A stretch of 64,000 nt of DNA from Terriglobia bacterium (GTDB taxonomy: Bacteria > Acidobacteriota > Terriglobia > JAJPHL01 > JAPKYU01): NCBI GenBank assembly GCA_965206645.1, contig CBDBKE010000004.1:1824001-1888000 (forward strand). The letters run 5' to 3'. Numbering within the stretch: the stretch's first letter is position 1; every line of letters begins with the position of its first letter. The notes under the pieces are model-generated. The model saw nothing but the letters and a program-made list of their open reading frames with translations. It searched no databases and was not told where the DNA came from. Position numbers and translations under genes: made by a program. This document shows, piece by piece, positions 10,210 to 20,001 of the stretch.

Positions 10210-11214
10210 CTAGCCGCGCTTGGTCAGGCGGGCAAGAGTGGCGAGCTGCTCCAGGTGCTCCTTGATGGGCCGCGCCGGGGTTCCCCAGACGGTTTGGCCG
10301 CGGCGGATGGTCTTGTGCGGGAGCACGCCGCACCCTCCCCCCAGCACGGCTCCGCGCTCGATGCGCACATGGTCGCCAATGCCCACCTGGCCGCCAATCA
10401 CCGCATAGGATTCAATCACCACGCTGCCGGAAATGCCAGTCTGCGAGGCAATCGCGCAGTGCTCGCCGATGGTGACGTTGTGGGCGACCTGCACGAGGTT
10501 GTCAATCTTAGTGCCTCGTCCGATGACCGTTGCCCCTAGCGCTCCCCGGTCAATCGTCGAGTTGGCTCCCACTTCCACGTCGTCGCTGATTTCCAGCGTG
10601 CCCACCTGCGGAAACTTCTCGTAGCGCTGGCCATCGAAGACATAGCCGAAGCCATCGCTGCCCAGCACCACCCCGCTGTGCAGGATGGCGCGAGCGCCAA
10701 CGGTGGTGCCAGGGTAAACGGTGACACGCGGGTAGAGAAAGCAGCCGGGACCCAGACGCACGCCCTCGCCCAGCACGCAGGCAGCGCTGATGACCGTCTC
10801 CGGGCTAATTTCGGCGCGGGCGCCCACGACGGCGTAGGCCCCAACATGCACCCCTTCGCCCAGACGGGCGCTGCGGTCGACCGCCGCCGTCGGATGGACG
10901 CCCGGAGCCGGACGTGCCCGCGTGTGGAACCGCTCCACGACGCGGGCAAAAGCCAGCTTGGGATTGCGTGCGCGAATCACCGTGCGCCCGCCTGCCTCGG
11001 CGCCCTCTCCTACAACGATGCATCCCGCCCGACTCTCGCGCGCTCGCCTCAGCACCCGCTCTGAGTCGGCGAAGACCACGTCGTGCTCGGTGGCGCTGTC
11101 CAGCGGCGCCACTGCTTGAATCAACCGCCCGGTCTCCCCTTCTGCCGTGCCGCCAGCCACCGCAGCCAGCGCTTCCACAGATTCACCCCTCGGCTTGCCT
11201 GGTTGCGAACCCAT
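10210..11214 (-). CDS. lpxD: UDP-3-O-acyl-glucosamine N-acyltransferase LpxD
   Basis: Hexapeptide repeats with GSDGFGY, PQVG, TIDRGA and KIDNLVQVAHN. Confidence 0.93.
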   Translation of the reverse strand: MGSQPGKPRGESVEALAAVAGGTAEGETGRLIQAVAPLDSATEHDVVFADSERVLRRARESRAGCIVVGEGAEAGGRTVIRARNPKLAFARVVERFHTRARPAPGVHPTAAVDRSARLGEGVHVGAYAVVGARAEISPETVISAACVLGEGVRLGPGCFLYPRVTVYPGTTVGARAILHSGVVLGSDGFGYVFDGQRYEKFPQVGTLEISDDVEVGANSTIDRGALGATVIGRGTKIDNLVQVAHNVTIGEHCAIASQTGISGSVVIESYAVIGGQVGIGDHVRIERGAVLGGGCGVLPHKTIRRGQTVWGTPARPIKEHLEQLATLARLTKRG

Positions 11215-11236
11215 CCTCTCCCCCTGCCAATTTCTC

Positions 11237-11273
11237 GGTAGTGTCCTAGATTTATCAAAATTAGGACACTACC
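11237..11273. repeat. Perfect 12-bp inverted repeat with AT-rich 13-bp spacer
   Basis: GGTAGTGTCCTA-gatttatcaaaat-TAGGACACTACC, between the divergent lpxD and lpxA genes. Confidence 0.85.
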
Positions 11274-11316
11274 AGTTTGGCGTTGCTACGCCGCTCCGGT
11301 AAGATTACTACTGTCG

Positions 11317-12087
11317 ATGATTGCCGCCACCGCTATTGTGCATCCTGGAGCGCGGGTGCATCCCGAGGCCAGCATCGGGGACTACTGCATCGTCGAGGAC
11401 GAGGTGGAAATCGGCCGCGGGACGCGCCTGGACCCCTTCGCCATCGTTAAACGCTATACCACGCTGGGCGAGGACAATCACCTCTACTCTGGGGCACAAC
11501 TGGGCACAGACCCGCTGGACAAGAAATTCGATCCCAACCAGCCCAGCTACCTGCGCATCGGCGACCGCAACATCTTGCGGGAGTATCTCACGATCTCGCG
11601 CGGCACCGAGCCAGGCTCCGTCACCCGCATCGGCAACGACAACTACGTCATGACCAGCGTGCACATCGCCCACAACTGCACGGTGGGCGACCACAACACC
11701 ATCTGCTCCTGCGCGTTGATCGCCGGCTACACCGAAATTGAGGACCACTGCTTCATCTCGGGCGCGGTAGCGGTGCACCAGTACTCCCGCATTGGGCGGC
11801 TGTCCATGATCAGCGGCAACACGCGCGTCACCCTGGATGTGCCGCCGTTTATTTTGGTCGCGGAGTTTCACATCGTGGCGCGCGGGCTGAACCTGGTGGG
11901 ACTGCGGCGCAACGGCTTGTCCAAGGAATCAATCGGGCGGCTGAAAGACGCCTACCGGCTGCTGTACCGCTCCCAGTTGCCGCTTGCCGATGCGCTGAAG
12001 CGAATCGAGGAGAAAGTCCCCGGCGAGGAGGCCCGCCACCTGGTAGCCTTCGTCCGCGCCTCCCGGCGCGGCATCTGCCGCGAATGA
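11317..12087 (+). CDS. lpxA: Acyl-ACP--UDP-N-acetylglucosamine O-acyltransferase LpxA
   Basis: IGDRNILREY.TI.RGT, HIAHNC, VHQY.RIG, DVPPF and GLN.VGLRR motifs. Confidence 0.9.
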   Translation: MIAATAIVHPGARVHPEASIGDYCIVEDEVEIGRGTRLDPFAIVKRYTTLGEDNHLYSGAQLGTDPLDKKFDPNQPSYLRIGDRNILREYLTISRGTEPGSVTRIGNDNYVMTSVHIAHNCTVGDHNTICSCALIAGYTEIEDHCFISGAVAVHQYSRIGRLSMISGNTRVTLDVPPFILVAEFHIVARGLNLVGLRRNGLSKESIGRLKDAYRLLYRSQLPLADALKRIEEKVPGEEARHLVAFVRASRRGICRE

Positions 12088-12152
12088 TTGTGTTTCATTT
12101 GCGGCGCGGTTGCCACGTTCGGGAACAGGGCCGGGCAGTTCACTTGTCAGCT

Positions 12153-13829
12153 TCACCGTTGCGGGCCGGCTCCCAGCATGTCGTAGATGGCAGCCCAGTT
12201 GGCCGGTGGCTGTTCCTTGGGGTTAATCACGAGTTCCAGCAGTTGCGGGCCGCCGGGCTCCAGGGCCCGGTTGAACAGGGTGTCCACCTGGCCGGGATGG
12301 CTGGCGCGGGCGCCGCGGAGGCCGTAGGCAGCCGCCAGCGCCACGAAGTCAGGATTGCCGTGGTCGGCGCCATAGCGGAACCCGCGCAGGCTGCTGTTCA
12401 AGCGCAGGGTGCCGTAGCCACCATCATTCAGAACCACGGTCAGGGGCATGGCGTCTTCGCGCGCCGCGGTCTCCAGATCACCTGAGGTCATCATGAAATC
12501 GCCATCGCCCACGGCACATACCACGCGTCGCTCGGGGAAAATCAGGCGGGCTGCTATGGCCGCGCCAAAGGCAAATCCCATAGCCCCGAAGTTGCACGCG
12601 GAGAGGTACTGGCGAGGACCGTAACAAGGAAGTGTGGCGTTGACCGGGATCTGGTGCAAGCCTGTGCCGCAGATCACGATGGCGTTGCGCGGCAGCAATG
12701 GCGCCAGGCGCGACAATGCGTAGGTGGCCGGCATTGGCTCGGCGGGGAAGGCACAGCGCTGCAGGATGGTCTGCCATTCAGTGCGAGCCGTTTCCAACCG
12801 CCCCCACCAGGCATCGTTGCAAAGCCCTCGCAGCCCGGCAGCCAGCAACTGTTCGATGGCCGCGCCCGCGTCCGCCTCCAGCATGGTTGCCTGCGGGAAG
12901 CGCTCTGCCAGACGTTGCAGGTAAGCGCCATCCGCATTGATCATGGCTACACGCCCCGCCGGCAGGCGAGCGTAGAAGTAGGTGAGCACGTCGGAAAGCC
13001 CGCAGCCCAGACACAACAGACAATCGGTCTGAGTCAGCGCGTAGTCGGCAGCGCTGCTGCCCGAATATCCGGCTCGTCCAAAGCAGAGGTGGTGATCCTC
13101 GGGAATCACTCCGCGGCCGTTTCCGGTGGTGATCAGCGGCAGGCGCGCCGACTCCACCAGCTTCAGAACCAGTGGGGCCGCGTGCTGAACGCCCCCTCCG
13201 GCCAGCAGCAGCGGGCGCTGGGACTGGCGCAACTGTTCGACCACGCCGGCCAGATCGTCAGGTGCGGAAAGGCGGGGCACCTCCATCTCCTTTGGCAAGT
13301 TTTCGAGTGGCACCTGCTCGGCCTGATCCCACAGGTCCTCGGGCACCTCCAGCACCACCGGGCCGGCAGGCGGAGTGGCCGCTGCCGTCCAAGCCTGAAC
13401 AAAGGTATCGGGAACATCGGCGGGCTGCCCCAAGCGGAAGAAGGCCTTCACATAGGGCGTTAGTGCGCTCGCCTGGTCCACTTCCAGAGCCCCGCCCAGG
13501 CCGGCCATGGAGCGCCGGGCACCTCCCACAATGGCCAGCAGAGGCGAACAATCCTTGGCAGCAATCGCCAGGCCTAAGGCGCCATTCAACACGCCCGCCC
13601 CGGCGTGCAACAGCACAATTCCGGGGCGTTGGGTCAGCCGCCCCTCTGCATCGGCCATGGTCGCGGCGACTAATTCATGGCGCGCCGAGATGTAGCGAAT
13701 CTGGCCGCTGACCCGCTCCAGCTCTTTGTACAACGGCATGATTGAGGTGCCAATCAGGCCGTACACGCGGGGAACGCGGGCGGCCTGTAAGCAGGCCAAC
13801 AGCGCCTCTGCAGTCGTTTGCTCTGGCAT
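12153..13829 (-). CDS. Thiamine diphosphate-dependent enzyme (acetolactate synthase-like)
   Basis: ARHE catalytic Glu, GAMGFA and the ThDP motif GDGDF...LNDGGYG. Start placed at MPEQTTAE. Confidence 0.88.
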   Translation of the reverse strand: MPEQTTAEALLACLQAARVPRVYGLIGTSIMPLYKELERVSGQIRYISARHELVAATMADAEGRLTQRPGIVLLHAGAGVLNGALGLAIAAKDCSPLLAIVGGARRSMAGLGGALEVDQASALTPYVKAFFRLGQPADVPDTFVQAWTAAATPPAGPVVLEVPEDLWDQAEQVPLENLPKEMEVPRLSAPDDLAGVVEQLRQSQRPLLLAGGGVQHAAPLVLKLVESARLPLITTGNGRGVIPEDHHLCFGRAGYSGSSAADYALTQTDCLLCLGCGLSDVLTYFYARLPAGRVAMINADGAYLQRLAERFPQATMLEADAGAAIEQLLAAGLRGLCNDAWWGRLETARTEWQTILQRCAFPAEPMPATYALSRLAPLLPRNAIVICGTGLHQIPVNATLPCYGPRQYLSACNFGAMGFAFGAAIAARLIFPERRVVCAVGDGDFMMTSGDLETAAREDAMPLTVVLNDGGYGTLRLNSSLRGFRYGADHGNPDFVALAAAYGLRGARASHPGQVDTLFNRALEPGGPQLLELVINPKEQPPANWAAIYDMLGAGPQR

Positions 13830-13833
13830 AGGT

Positions 13834-15024
13834 TCACACCTGGCGACGGATGGCTTCCAACGCGCGCTCCACCGAGGCCGCGTCGGCTGCACCCGCCTGC
13901 GCTGCATCCCTTGAACCGCCGCCCCGCAGCCCGTACTTCCCCGCCATCTCCTTCACTAACGCGCCCAGGTTCGCCGCCAGCCCGGGCGATTGGGCCAGCA
14001 CCAGCGTAGGCGGTTGCCGTAGGGCGAACAAGGCTCGCGCTCCCTGCCCCGGGCCGCCCTGCGCGGCAAACCGGCTGGCGAGCCAGTGAACGTAGCCGGG
14101 ATCGCCCGCATCGAACAGCTTCACCAGTTGACGGACGCCATTGGACTCCTCCGCCTCAGCATACATCTGACGCGCCTCATAGCCCGCCAGCGTTCCCGTC
14201 AACTTCTGCCGCTCCTTGTCGGCTGCCTTGAGAGCCTGGAGCTGGCTGCCCACCAGCGCGGCTACTTGATGCGGGTGAGTGGTGAGGATGTTGGCGGCTT
14301 CCGCCAGCGCCGTGTAGTCCAGCCTGGCCACGCGAACGGCGCGCCGCCCACATACAAATTCCACCCGCACTCCCTGCTTGCATTTTTCCACTTTTCGCAC
14401 GAGCACCGCACCGATTTGCCCGGTGCGCGCAACGTGCGTACCACCGCAGGCGGTCAAGTCAAGCTCGGGAATCTCCACCAGCCGCAGTTCGCCTTCGCGG
14501 GCCACGTCCTTGCGTAACGGCAGGGCTTTGGCCTCGTCCGGGGTGGCGAACCAGACGCGCAGCGAGCGGTCTTCGAACACGACTTCGTTTGCCACCTCCT
14601 CGGCCCGCCGCACCTGTTCGGGTGAGACTGCTGCGGTGCCCAGGTCAATCGTTGACGTCTCAGCACCCAGGTGGAAGCTCACCGTGGAAAAGCCGAATCT
14701 GCAGACGAAGACCGCCGACAGCAGGTGCTGGCCGGAGTGCTGCTGGATGTGGTCCGCGCGGCGGGGCCAGTCAATTTCCCCATGTACCGTCTCGCCGACC
14801 TGACCCTGCACCGCTCCTTCGAGCCGATGTAAAATCTCGCCCCGCTGGTTCTCCAGAACCTCAACCACCGGCTCGCCACCCAGCATCCCGGTGTCATGCG
14901 GCTGGCCGCCTCCGGTGGGATAAAAGGCCGTACGGTCCAGCACCACGCCTTCTGGGTCGAGGCGAACCACCCGCGCCTCAAATGTCCTGAGAAACGAATC
15001 GTGGCAGTAGAGCCGCTCGCTCAC
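13834..15024 (-). CDS. Alanyl-tRNA editing protein (AlaX type) with C-terminal DHHA1-like domain
   Basis: TAFYPTGGGQPHD, zinc motifs QHSGQH and CGGTH, C-terminal RGGGS..AAQ. Confidence 0.9.
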   Translation of the reverse strand: MSERLYCHDSFLRTFEARVVRLDPEGVVLDRTAFYPTGGGQPHDTGMLGGEPVVEVLENQRGEILHRLEGAVQGQVGETVHGEIDWPRRADHIQQHSGQHLLSAVFVCRFGFSTVSFHLGAETSTIDLGTAAVSPEQVRRAEEVANEVVFEDRSLRVWFATPDEAKALPLRKDVAREGELRLVEIPELDLTACGGTHVARTGQIGAVLVRKVEKCKQGVRVEFVCGRRAVRVARLDYTALAEAANILTTHPHQVAALVGSQLQALKAADKERQKLTGTLAGYEARQMYAEAEESNGVRQLVKLFDAGDPGYVHWLASRFAAQGGPGQGARALFALRQPPTLVLAQSPGLAANLGALVKEMAGKYGLRGGGSRDAAQAGAADAASVERALEAIRRQV

Positions 15025-15187
15025 CCGGCGATTCTAGCACCGCAAGGTGGTTTCTGTCGTTCCCGCTACAGTGCGCATTGGAAATCGTGGCGATGAATCT
15101 GCATAGGCTCATCATGCAAGAAAAGGGATAGGCGACACGGGCGAGCGCCCAGCCGATGGTCAATGGCTCAATCCTTAATAGTTGAAT

Positions 15188-16458
15188 TCAAAAGGGGGTA
15201 ATCAAGCCGCCGATGTTGGCCTCGGACCCTCTGGGGATTTCTGCTGCGCGTTCAAGCACGTCCAGATATTTCAGTCCCGAGCCGGTGTTGAACAGCACCA
15301 CCGACTGGTCCGGCGTCAGGAACCCCGAGGCGAGCAACTTGCGGTAGGCGGGCAGACAGGCGGCCCCTTCCGGGGCGGGCAGGATGCCCTCGGTGGAACT
15401 CATCTCGCGCACGCCTTCCAGGATCTCCTCATCGGTGACGCTGACACAGCTGCCGTGGCTGGCGCGGACAATCTCCAGGATGAGGAAGTCGGCCAACGGC
15501 TTGGGGACGCGCAGCCCGGCCGCCAGCGTGCGTGCGCCTTCAAAGAATTGCGCGTGGTTGGCGCCCTGCTCGAAGGCGCGCACAAGGGGTTGGCATCCCG
15601 CCGCCTGCACCACAATCATCCTGGGGCAAGGGGTTGGCATCCCGCCGCCTGCACCACAATCATCCTGGGGCGCTCGGAGCCTTCGATCCAGCCAATCTGC
15701 TCCATTTCCTCGAAGGCTTTCCACATGCCGATCAGGCCGACTCCACCGCCGGTTGGATACACGATGGCATCGGGCAGCGTCCAGCCGAGCTGCTCCGCCA
15801 GCTCGTAGCCCATGGTTTTCTTTCCTTCCACTCGATAGGGCTCCTTCATGGCGGAGACGTCGAACCAACCCTCCTGCTGCGCACGCTCAGCGACGAGGCG
15901 TGCGCAATCACTGACCAGTCCGGGGACCAGCGTCACGCAGGCCCCGTAGGTGCGACATTCCACCACGTTGGCGCGAGGAGCGTCCTCGGGCAGGAAGACA
16001 TGCGCTTCCAGGCCTGCGACAGCGGCGTAGGCGGCCAGGGCGGAAGCCGCGTTGCCCGCCGAGGGCATGGCCAGCCGCGTCAGCCCCAGTTCGCGCGCCA
16101 TCGAAACCGCGCAGGAAAGCCCGCGCGCTTTGAACGAGCCGGTGGGGTTTTGCCCCTCGTCTTTGATGAACAGACGGGACGCGCCGCAGAGCCGGCCCAG
16201 TCGGCGAGCGCGCAACAGAGGGGTGAACCCCTCGCCCGCCGTCACCACCGAATCTTCGCGCTCGCATGGAAGCAGAGCGCGATAGCGCCACATGCTGGCT
16301 GGGCCCTCGGCCAGCGACGAGCGCGGGTAGTGGCTGGCCACCGATCGCAGGTCGTATCGGACCAACAGCGGCCCGCCGCAAGGACACAAGGTATGTGGTC
16401 TGTCCGCCTCAAACCCTCGCTGGCAGCGGGAGCATTCCAGATGAGTGGCGTTGGTCAT
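15188..16458 (-). pseudogene. thrC: Threonine synthase-like PLP enzyme, frameshifted
   Basis: NPTGSFKARG, SAGNA, RVEGKKTM and PTGGG in 15616-16458; EGAA and FNTGSGLKY in another frame. The break is a 44-bp tandem duplication. Confidence 0.85.
15583..15670. repeat. Exact 44-bp tandem duplication
   Basis: caaggggttggcatcccgccgcctgcaccacaatcatcctgggg at 15583-15626 and again at 15627-15670. Confidence 0.97.
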
Positions 16459-16725
16459 GGGGGGTCATGGGGAGCGCCGGAGACTATCACGCATATGAAT
16501 TGGCACGCATATTGGCACGCAATTTTTCCCAACGGCAGGCCGGCCAAATCCGTCCCCTCTTCATAGCGATGGTACGGGGCCGGCAGCTCCGGATACTGAC
16601 TGCCTTCGCCGTCGACGGCATGGCTGAGATCCACAAGAATCGAGCGCGACATGGAAAGCATTGTAAGCCTCTTCCCACAACCGCATCCAGCCCCGGGCGT
16701 GCGAGCATGGACCTGACGTGTTAGC

Positions 16726-17583
16726 ATGGAAGTGATGCAGCCCGCCATTCGCCTGCTGGCGATAGATATTGACGGCACGCTGCTGGACACCCACTCGCAG
16801 TTGCCGCCGCGTAACGCGTCGGCACTGGAGGCGGCCCATAACGCCGGCGTGGAGGTGGTGTTGGTGACCGGGCGGCGGTTCGCCTTCGCGCTTCCCGTGG
16901 CGCAATTGCTCCCGTTCGAGTTGGTGATGATCACCAGCAACGGCGCCCTGGTAAAGTCGCGCAGCGGCCAGTCCTACTACCGCGACCTGCTCGCCCGGGA
17001 GACAGCAGCCCGGGCGCTGGAATGGACGCATCGCTGGCGCGACTACACGCTGCTGGCTTACGATGTGGACGGTCCCGGGCAACTTGTGCTGGAAGGGCTG
17101 GAGAAGCGAACGCCCACCTTCCTGGCCTGGCTGGAGCGCAACCGCCAGTTTGTCAGCTTCGCCTCGCTGGAGGAAACGCTTGAGGCTCGGGCGCCCGAGG
17201 AGCCCCTTCAGGTCATGTACACCGGGCCTGTCGAGGTGCTGCGCCAGATCGAAAGCAGGCTGCTCGACTCCCCCTTCCGTGCCGAGTTCCGCCTGCTGAA
17301 AACCGAGTACGTGACCAAGGATTTGAGTATCCTGGATGTCATCAATCGCCGCTGCTCAAAGGGCCATGCGGTGCGGGCCTGGGCCCAACGCCAGGGTTGC
17401 CGCCGCGAGGAAGTGATGGCGATCGGGGACAACTTCAATGACCGAGAGATGCTGGAATTCGTCGGGCGGCCCGTGGTCATGGACAACGCCGTGGCTGAAC
17501 TGAAGTCCAACGGCTGGCAGGTCACGGCCCACTGCAACCAGGCAGGTGTGGCCGATGCCGTCGAGCGTTGGATCTTAGCCTGA
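16726..17583 (+). CDS. Cof-type HAD-IIB hydrolase
   Basis: DIDGTLL, VTGR, SKG and IGDNFNDREML motifs. Confidence 0.92.
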   Translation: MEVMQPAIRLLAIDIDGTLLDTHSQLPPRNASALEAAHNAGVEVVLVTGRRFAFALPVAQLLPFELVMITSNGALVKSRSGQSYYRDLLARETAARALEWTHRWRDYTLLAYDVDGPGQLVLEGLEKRTPTFLAWLERNRQFVSFASLEETLEARAPEEPLQVMYTGPVEVLRQIESRLLDSPFRAEFRLLKTEYVTKDLSILDVINRRCSKGHAVRAWAQRQGCRREEVMAIGDNFNDREMLEFVGRPVVMDNAVAELKSNGWQVTAHCNQAGVADAVERWILA

Positions 17584-17596
17584 TGCAGGACGCAAA

Positions 17597-18301
17597 ATGC
17601 GGAGTTCGAGATTGAGTCGCGTAATGCAGCGGGCAGGGCGGTGGCTGCCTCTCCTTGTCATGCTGCTTCTGGTCCTGTTGGCTCCCGCTCACCTGCCGGC
17701 GGCCGAGTGCGCGGTTTTCAAGACCGGGTTCCGCCTCGAAATCGAGCGACACGAACAGAGCGGGGCGGTGACGCGCCTGTTCCTGGCCGGCGGCGGGGTC
17801 GTAGAAGTTCGTGCAGGCGACATCCGGCGCTTCGAAGCCGATGAACGCGTCCCGGGGGTTGCTTCCCCTGCGGCCGCGGGGCCTGGCGAACCCGGGGACG
17901 GTGACCTGCGGCAGTTGGTTCGGAGTGCGGGCGAGGCCCACGGTCTGGATCCCGACCTGATCGAGAGCGTGATTCACGTTGAATCCGCCGGCAACCCGCG
18001 TGCGGTCTCACCGAAAGGGGCGAGCGGCCTGATGCAGTTGATGCCCGAGACGGCGCGCGCACTGCGCGTCCACGACGTGTTCGATCCCGCGCAAAATGTG
18101 GAGGCCGGCACGCGCTACCTGCGCCAGTTGCTCGACCTGTACAACCACGACCTGGCCCTGGCCCTGGCCGCCTACAATGCCGGACCGGGAAAGGTGGAAG
18201 CCTATAAAGGAATCCCGCCCTATCGGGAGACACGCAACTACGTGTCGCGCGTTATCCGAACTTTCAACCAAAAGAAGACCGCCGCGCCAGCCCGCCAGTA
18301 G
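17597..18301 (+). CDS. Lytic transglycosylase (SLT domain), exported; start uncertain
   Basis: VES..NP.AVSPKGASGLMQLMP and ALAAYNAG motifs after a signal-like segment. Confidence 0.9.
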   Translation: MRSSRLSRVMQRAGRWLPLLVMLLLVLLAPAHLPAAECAVFKTGFRLEIERHEQSGAVTRLFLAGGGVVEVRAGDIRRFEADERVPGVASPAAAGPGEPGDGDLRQLVRSAGEAHGLDPDLIESVIHVESAGNPRAVSPKGASGLMQLMPETARALRVHDVFDPAQNVEAGTRYLRQLLDLYNHDLALALAAYNAGPGKVEAYKGIPPYRETRNYVSRVIRTFNQKKTAAPARQ

Positions 18302-18990
18302 CGAGAAGCCTGCCGTACCCACTCTTTCTGGTCTCACGGTTCGTCATAGCGCCTTAGGAGCCGAACCCAGATGTTGCGGAATCGCAGCGGGTTACCATGG
18401 TTCTGCGCCACCAACGGTTCCTCGTCTGGGTGCGGCGGATAGGTCGTCGCTTCCAGGGCCGTGCTCCCAAGCACCTGCTGGCGGTGGTCCGCCCGTGAAA
18501 ACCCTACTTCCTCAGTCCACTGCCCTCTCTGGCCTCCTCACCTATATATCACAGCCAGAATCGAGACCCAGTGTTGGTCGTAGCAGGCCGAGGCTCGGTT
18601 GTGAATTCTTTTGGGCTGCCTGAAGGCGAGATTGTCAGCGCGTTGTGCTCCACTCGCTTGGTGCTGACTACAAAGGAACCCCCAGCGTCATCTGGGCAGC
18701 GGATTGGGCTACACTGTTGGCTGACTTGTGCTGCGCAGGGTAAAATGGCGTGCGTAGGCCCCACGCTGGCGGCAGCGCTGTCTGCACCTATGATGCTCGC
18801 GGGCGCTTCTAGTGGGGGCCATTGAAGAAACCTACGGGTAGCGCAGTCGGCCGTTGCCTCGCTACAGGGTGCAGCTCCTCCGGTGGTGGAGCAGCTGGGT
18901 CTGGAGGATTTTCCCGGGAAAAGGGAGCAGAGCGGCAGAGCTGCTTTTTGCATAGCATGCCTCGTGTGAGCTCCGAAGTCGAGGAGAAGC

Positions 18991-20001
18991 GTGATCCCAA
19001 CTATCCTGATCGTTGATGACGACCCAGCCTTTCGCAGCCTTCTGGCTGGACTGCTGCGGCCACAGGGATTCGAGATAATCACCGCCGGCGACGGCCACGA
19101 AGCGCTGGAAGAATTCGCGCGGCGCGGACCCGACTTGGTGTTGCTGGACGTACAAATGCCGCGCATGCGCGGTTTCGAGGTCTGCCGACACCTCAAACAG
19201 AACCCCGAGACCCGATTGACGCCGGTGGTGTTGGTCACGGGGCTTGCGGCCACCGAAGACCGTATTCAAGGCATTGAGGCTGGCGCCAACGAATTCTTGA
19301 GCAAGCCCGTGGATCGCAACGAGCTTCTGGCACGGGTCCGCTCCCTGCTCGCTCTGAAGGGGTACACCGATGAGTTGGAGCGTGCCGAGTTGGTTTTGTT
19401 TGCCCTGGCTCGCAGCATTGAAGGCAAAGATCCTTACACTGAAGGCCACTGCGAGCGGTTGTCAGACTACTCGTCCCGCTTGGGCGAGCGCGTCGGGTTG
19501 CCGCCCGACGAGATCACCGCTTTACGGCGGGCCGGCATCGTGCACGACGTTGGCAAGGTGGCCGTGCCCGATGCTATTCTGCTCAAACCGGGCCCGCTGA
19601 CATCGGACGAGTGGGCGGTTATGCGCCAACATGCAGTGATCGGTGAGCGCATCTGCTCACCACTGAAGTCGTTTCGATTGGCAGTGCCCATCATCCGTCA
19701 TCACCACGAACGGTTCAACGGTTCGGGTTATCCGGACGGGCTCAAAGGTGAGCAGATTCCCATGACAGCGCGGGTGCTGCAAATTGCGGATGTGTACGAC
19801 GCGCTGACTACTGAGCGGCCTTACAAACGCCCTCTATCGGTGGAGGAAGCGTTGACGACAATGGTGGAGGAGGTCGAAAAAGGCTGGTGGGATCCGCATG
19901 TCTTTAACGAATTTCGGGAGATGGTCGCGGAGGCACGTGTGACCAGACCGATTTTTTGTACCAACCGTAGTGAGAGTTTACATCGCAGCCTGGGGCTGTG
20001 A
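18991..20001 (+). CDS. Response regulator with HD-GYP c-di-GMP phosphodiesterase domain; last ~20 codons come from the IS
   Basis: REC (VDDD, LLDVQMP, KP) followed by DPYTEGH, HDVGK and HHHERFNGSGYP. Confidence 0.9.
   Translation: MIPTILIVDDDPAFRSLLAGLLRPQGFEIITAGDGHEALEEFARRGPDLVLLDVQMPRMRGFEVCRHLKQNPETRLTPVVLVTGLAATEDRIQGIEAGANEFLSKPVDRNELLARVRSLLALKGYTDELERAELVLFALARSIEGKDPYTEGHCERLSDYSSRLGERVGLPPDEITALRRAGIVHDVGKVAVPDAILLKPGPLTSDEWAVMRQHAVIGERICSPLKSFRLAVPIIRHHHERFNGSGYPDGLKGEQIPMTARVLQIADVYDALTTERPYKRPLSVEEALTTMVEEVEKGWWDPHVFNEFREMVAEARVTRPIFCTNRSESLHRSLGL

Noticed and set aside
18302-18990. Long intergenic region as an ncRNA or riboswitch
   Set aside because: I could not recognise any tRNA, riboswitch or convincing ORF by eye. 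An Rfam scan would be needed to exclude one.
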